Below are positions 63,708-64,000 of a stretch of 64,000 bases of DNA, in pieces. The notes under the pieces are model-generated. The model was not told where the DNA came from and did no database searches. It was given only the letters and a program-made list of their open reading frames with translations. Each line of letters opens with the position of its first letter. Position 1 is the first letter of the stretch. Source of the DNA: Eubacteriales bacterium (GTDB taxonomy: Bacteria > Bacillota > Clostridia > Oscillospirales > CAG-272); assembly GCA_045638805.1 (NCBI GenBank), contig JAZUBZ010000095.1, positions 885-64,884 on the forward strand. The letters are read 5' to 3'. The position numbers and the translations under genes were made by a program.

Positions 63708-64000
63708 TTTTACGGTCCTCACTTTCAGAGTTGATATTTTGTGTTTTATTTATGTGCTGAGCTTTCAGCATAAGTACTTCTACCAGACTGACGAGGGCAT
63801 CCAGGATTCTTATCTGAACCACGATATCAGCGGAAACGTCGGTTTTATCTGAAAACCAATCGCACACTACGTTTACTTTTCCGCGTTTTACGGGCTTCAT
63901 TTTCGTTTTACTTTCAAGCAGTGCCAGAATATATGCTACCGTCTGCGAATACACACCATAGGTTATCGCCGCGGCAGATGCGTCCTTACCACCGACTGTG
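63676..64000 (-). CDS. hypothetical protein, N-terminus beyond window (DUF2953/YtfI-like by position)
   Basis: Frame stays open upstream of the listed GTG at 63954 to the window edge. It overlaps the ytfJ start. The family guess rests on synteny only. Confidence 0.5.
   Translation of the reverse strand, partial: TVGGKDASAAAITYGVYSQTVAYILALLESKTKMKPVKRGKVNVVCDWFSDKTDVSADIVVQIRILDALVSLVEVLMLKAQHINKTQNINSESEDRKNGREQTERDH

Noticed and set aside
1-64000. Looked for rRNA, tRNA, tmRNA, CRISPR arrays, integrases, transposases, prophage genes, restriction-modification systems or known defence-system genes.
   Set aside because: None was recognisable by eye. Intergenic regions are short apart from those discussed. 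A tRNAscan, Rfam or defence-finder run would be needed to be certain.

Overview
The window looks like a chromosomal segment from a spore-forming Firmicutes/Clostridia-type bacterium. This is an inference from the ctsR-mcsA-mcsB-clpC operon, tilS-hpt-ftsH synteny, a SpoVB-like flippase, a PBP5-type carboxypeptidase and ytfJ/ytfI-like genes. I call about 64 protein-coding genes. By eye I found no rRNA, tRNA, CRISPR array, integrase or transposase. Most of the window is housekeeping or ordinary metabolism: manA, rpmB, clpC operon, ftsH, hpt, tilS, fbp class 3, tsaE/tsaB, rpiB, recG, rluB-like, and ABC and MATE exporters. The accessory part is roughly 19.0-28.9 kb. It holds a polysaccharide deacetylase with an in-frame 15-bp tandem repeat, and three consecutive lipoprotein genes (two BspA-type LRR proteins) that share a near-identical 5' module. 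It also holds a visibly AT-rich island (about 24.9-28.9 kb) with a frameshifted RHS/YD core remnant and two orphan RHS C-terminal toxin tips, each followed by a small immunity-like gene; no parent rhs gene or secretion system is in the window. This orphan polymorphic-toxin/immunity array is my best candidate for an unusual system. Other points worth a second look are listed here. (1) A dense cluster of CtsR operators lies in the ctsR/cyclase divergent region. (2) A tightly packed 7-gene operon of uncharacterised enzymes starts with a cyclase/formamidase-like gene and a DUF2264-like gene. (3) There are two sigma/anti-sigma modules. One has an internally duplicated extracytoplasmic domain. The other is linked to secreted proteins and an ABC-2-like transporter, with a roughly 45-bp promoter/RBS module present twice. 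(4) A G5 tract sits at a frame junction at the start of the second anti-sigma candidate. (5) A RadC-like JAB protein is wedged between a hemolysin-III gene and tsaE. All functional calls come from motif recognition by eye; no database search or computation was possible.
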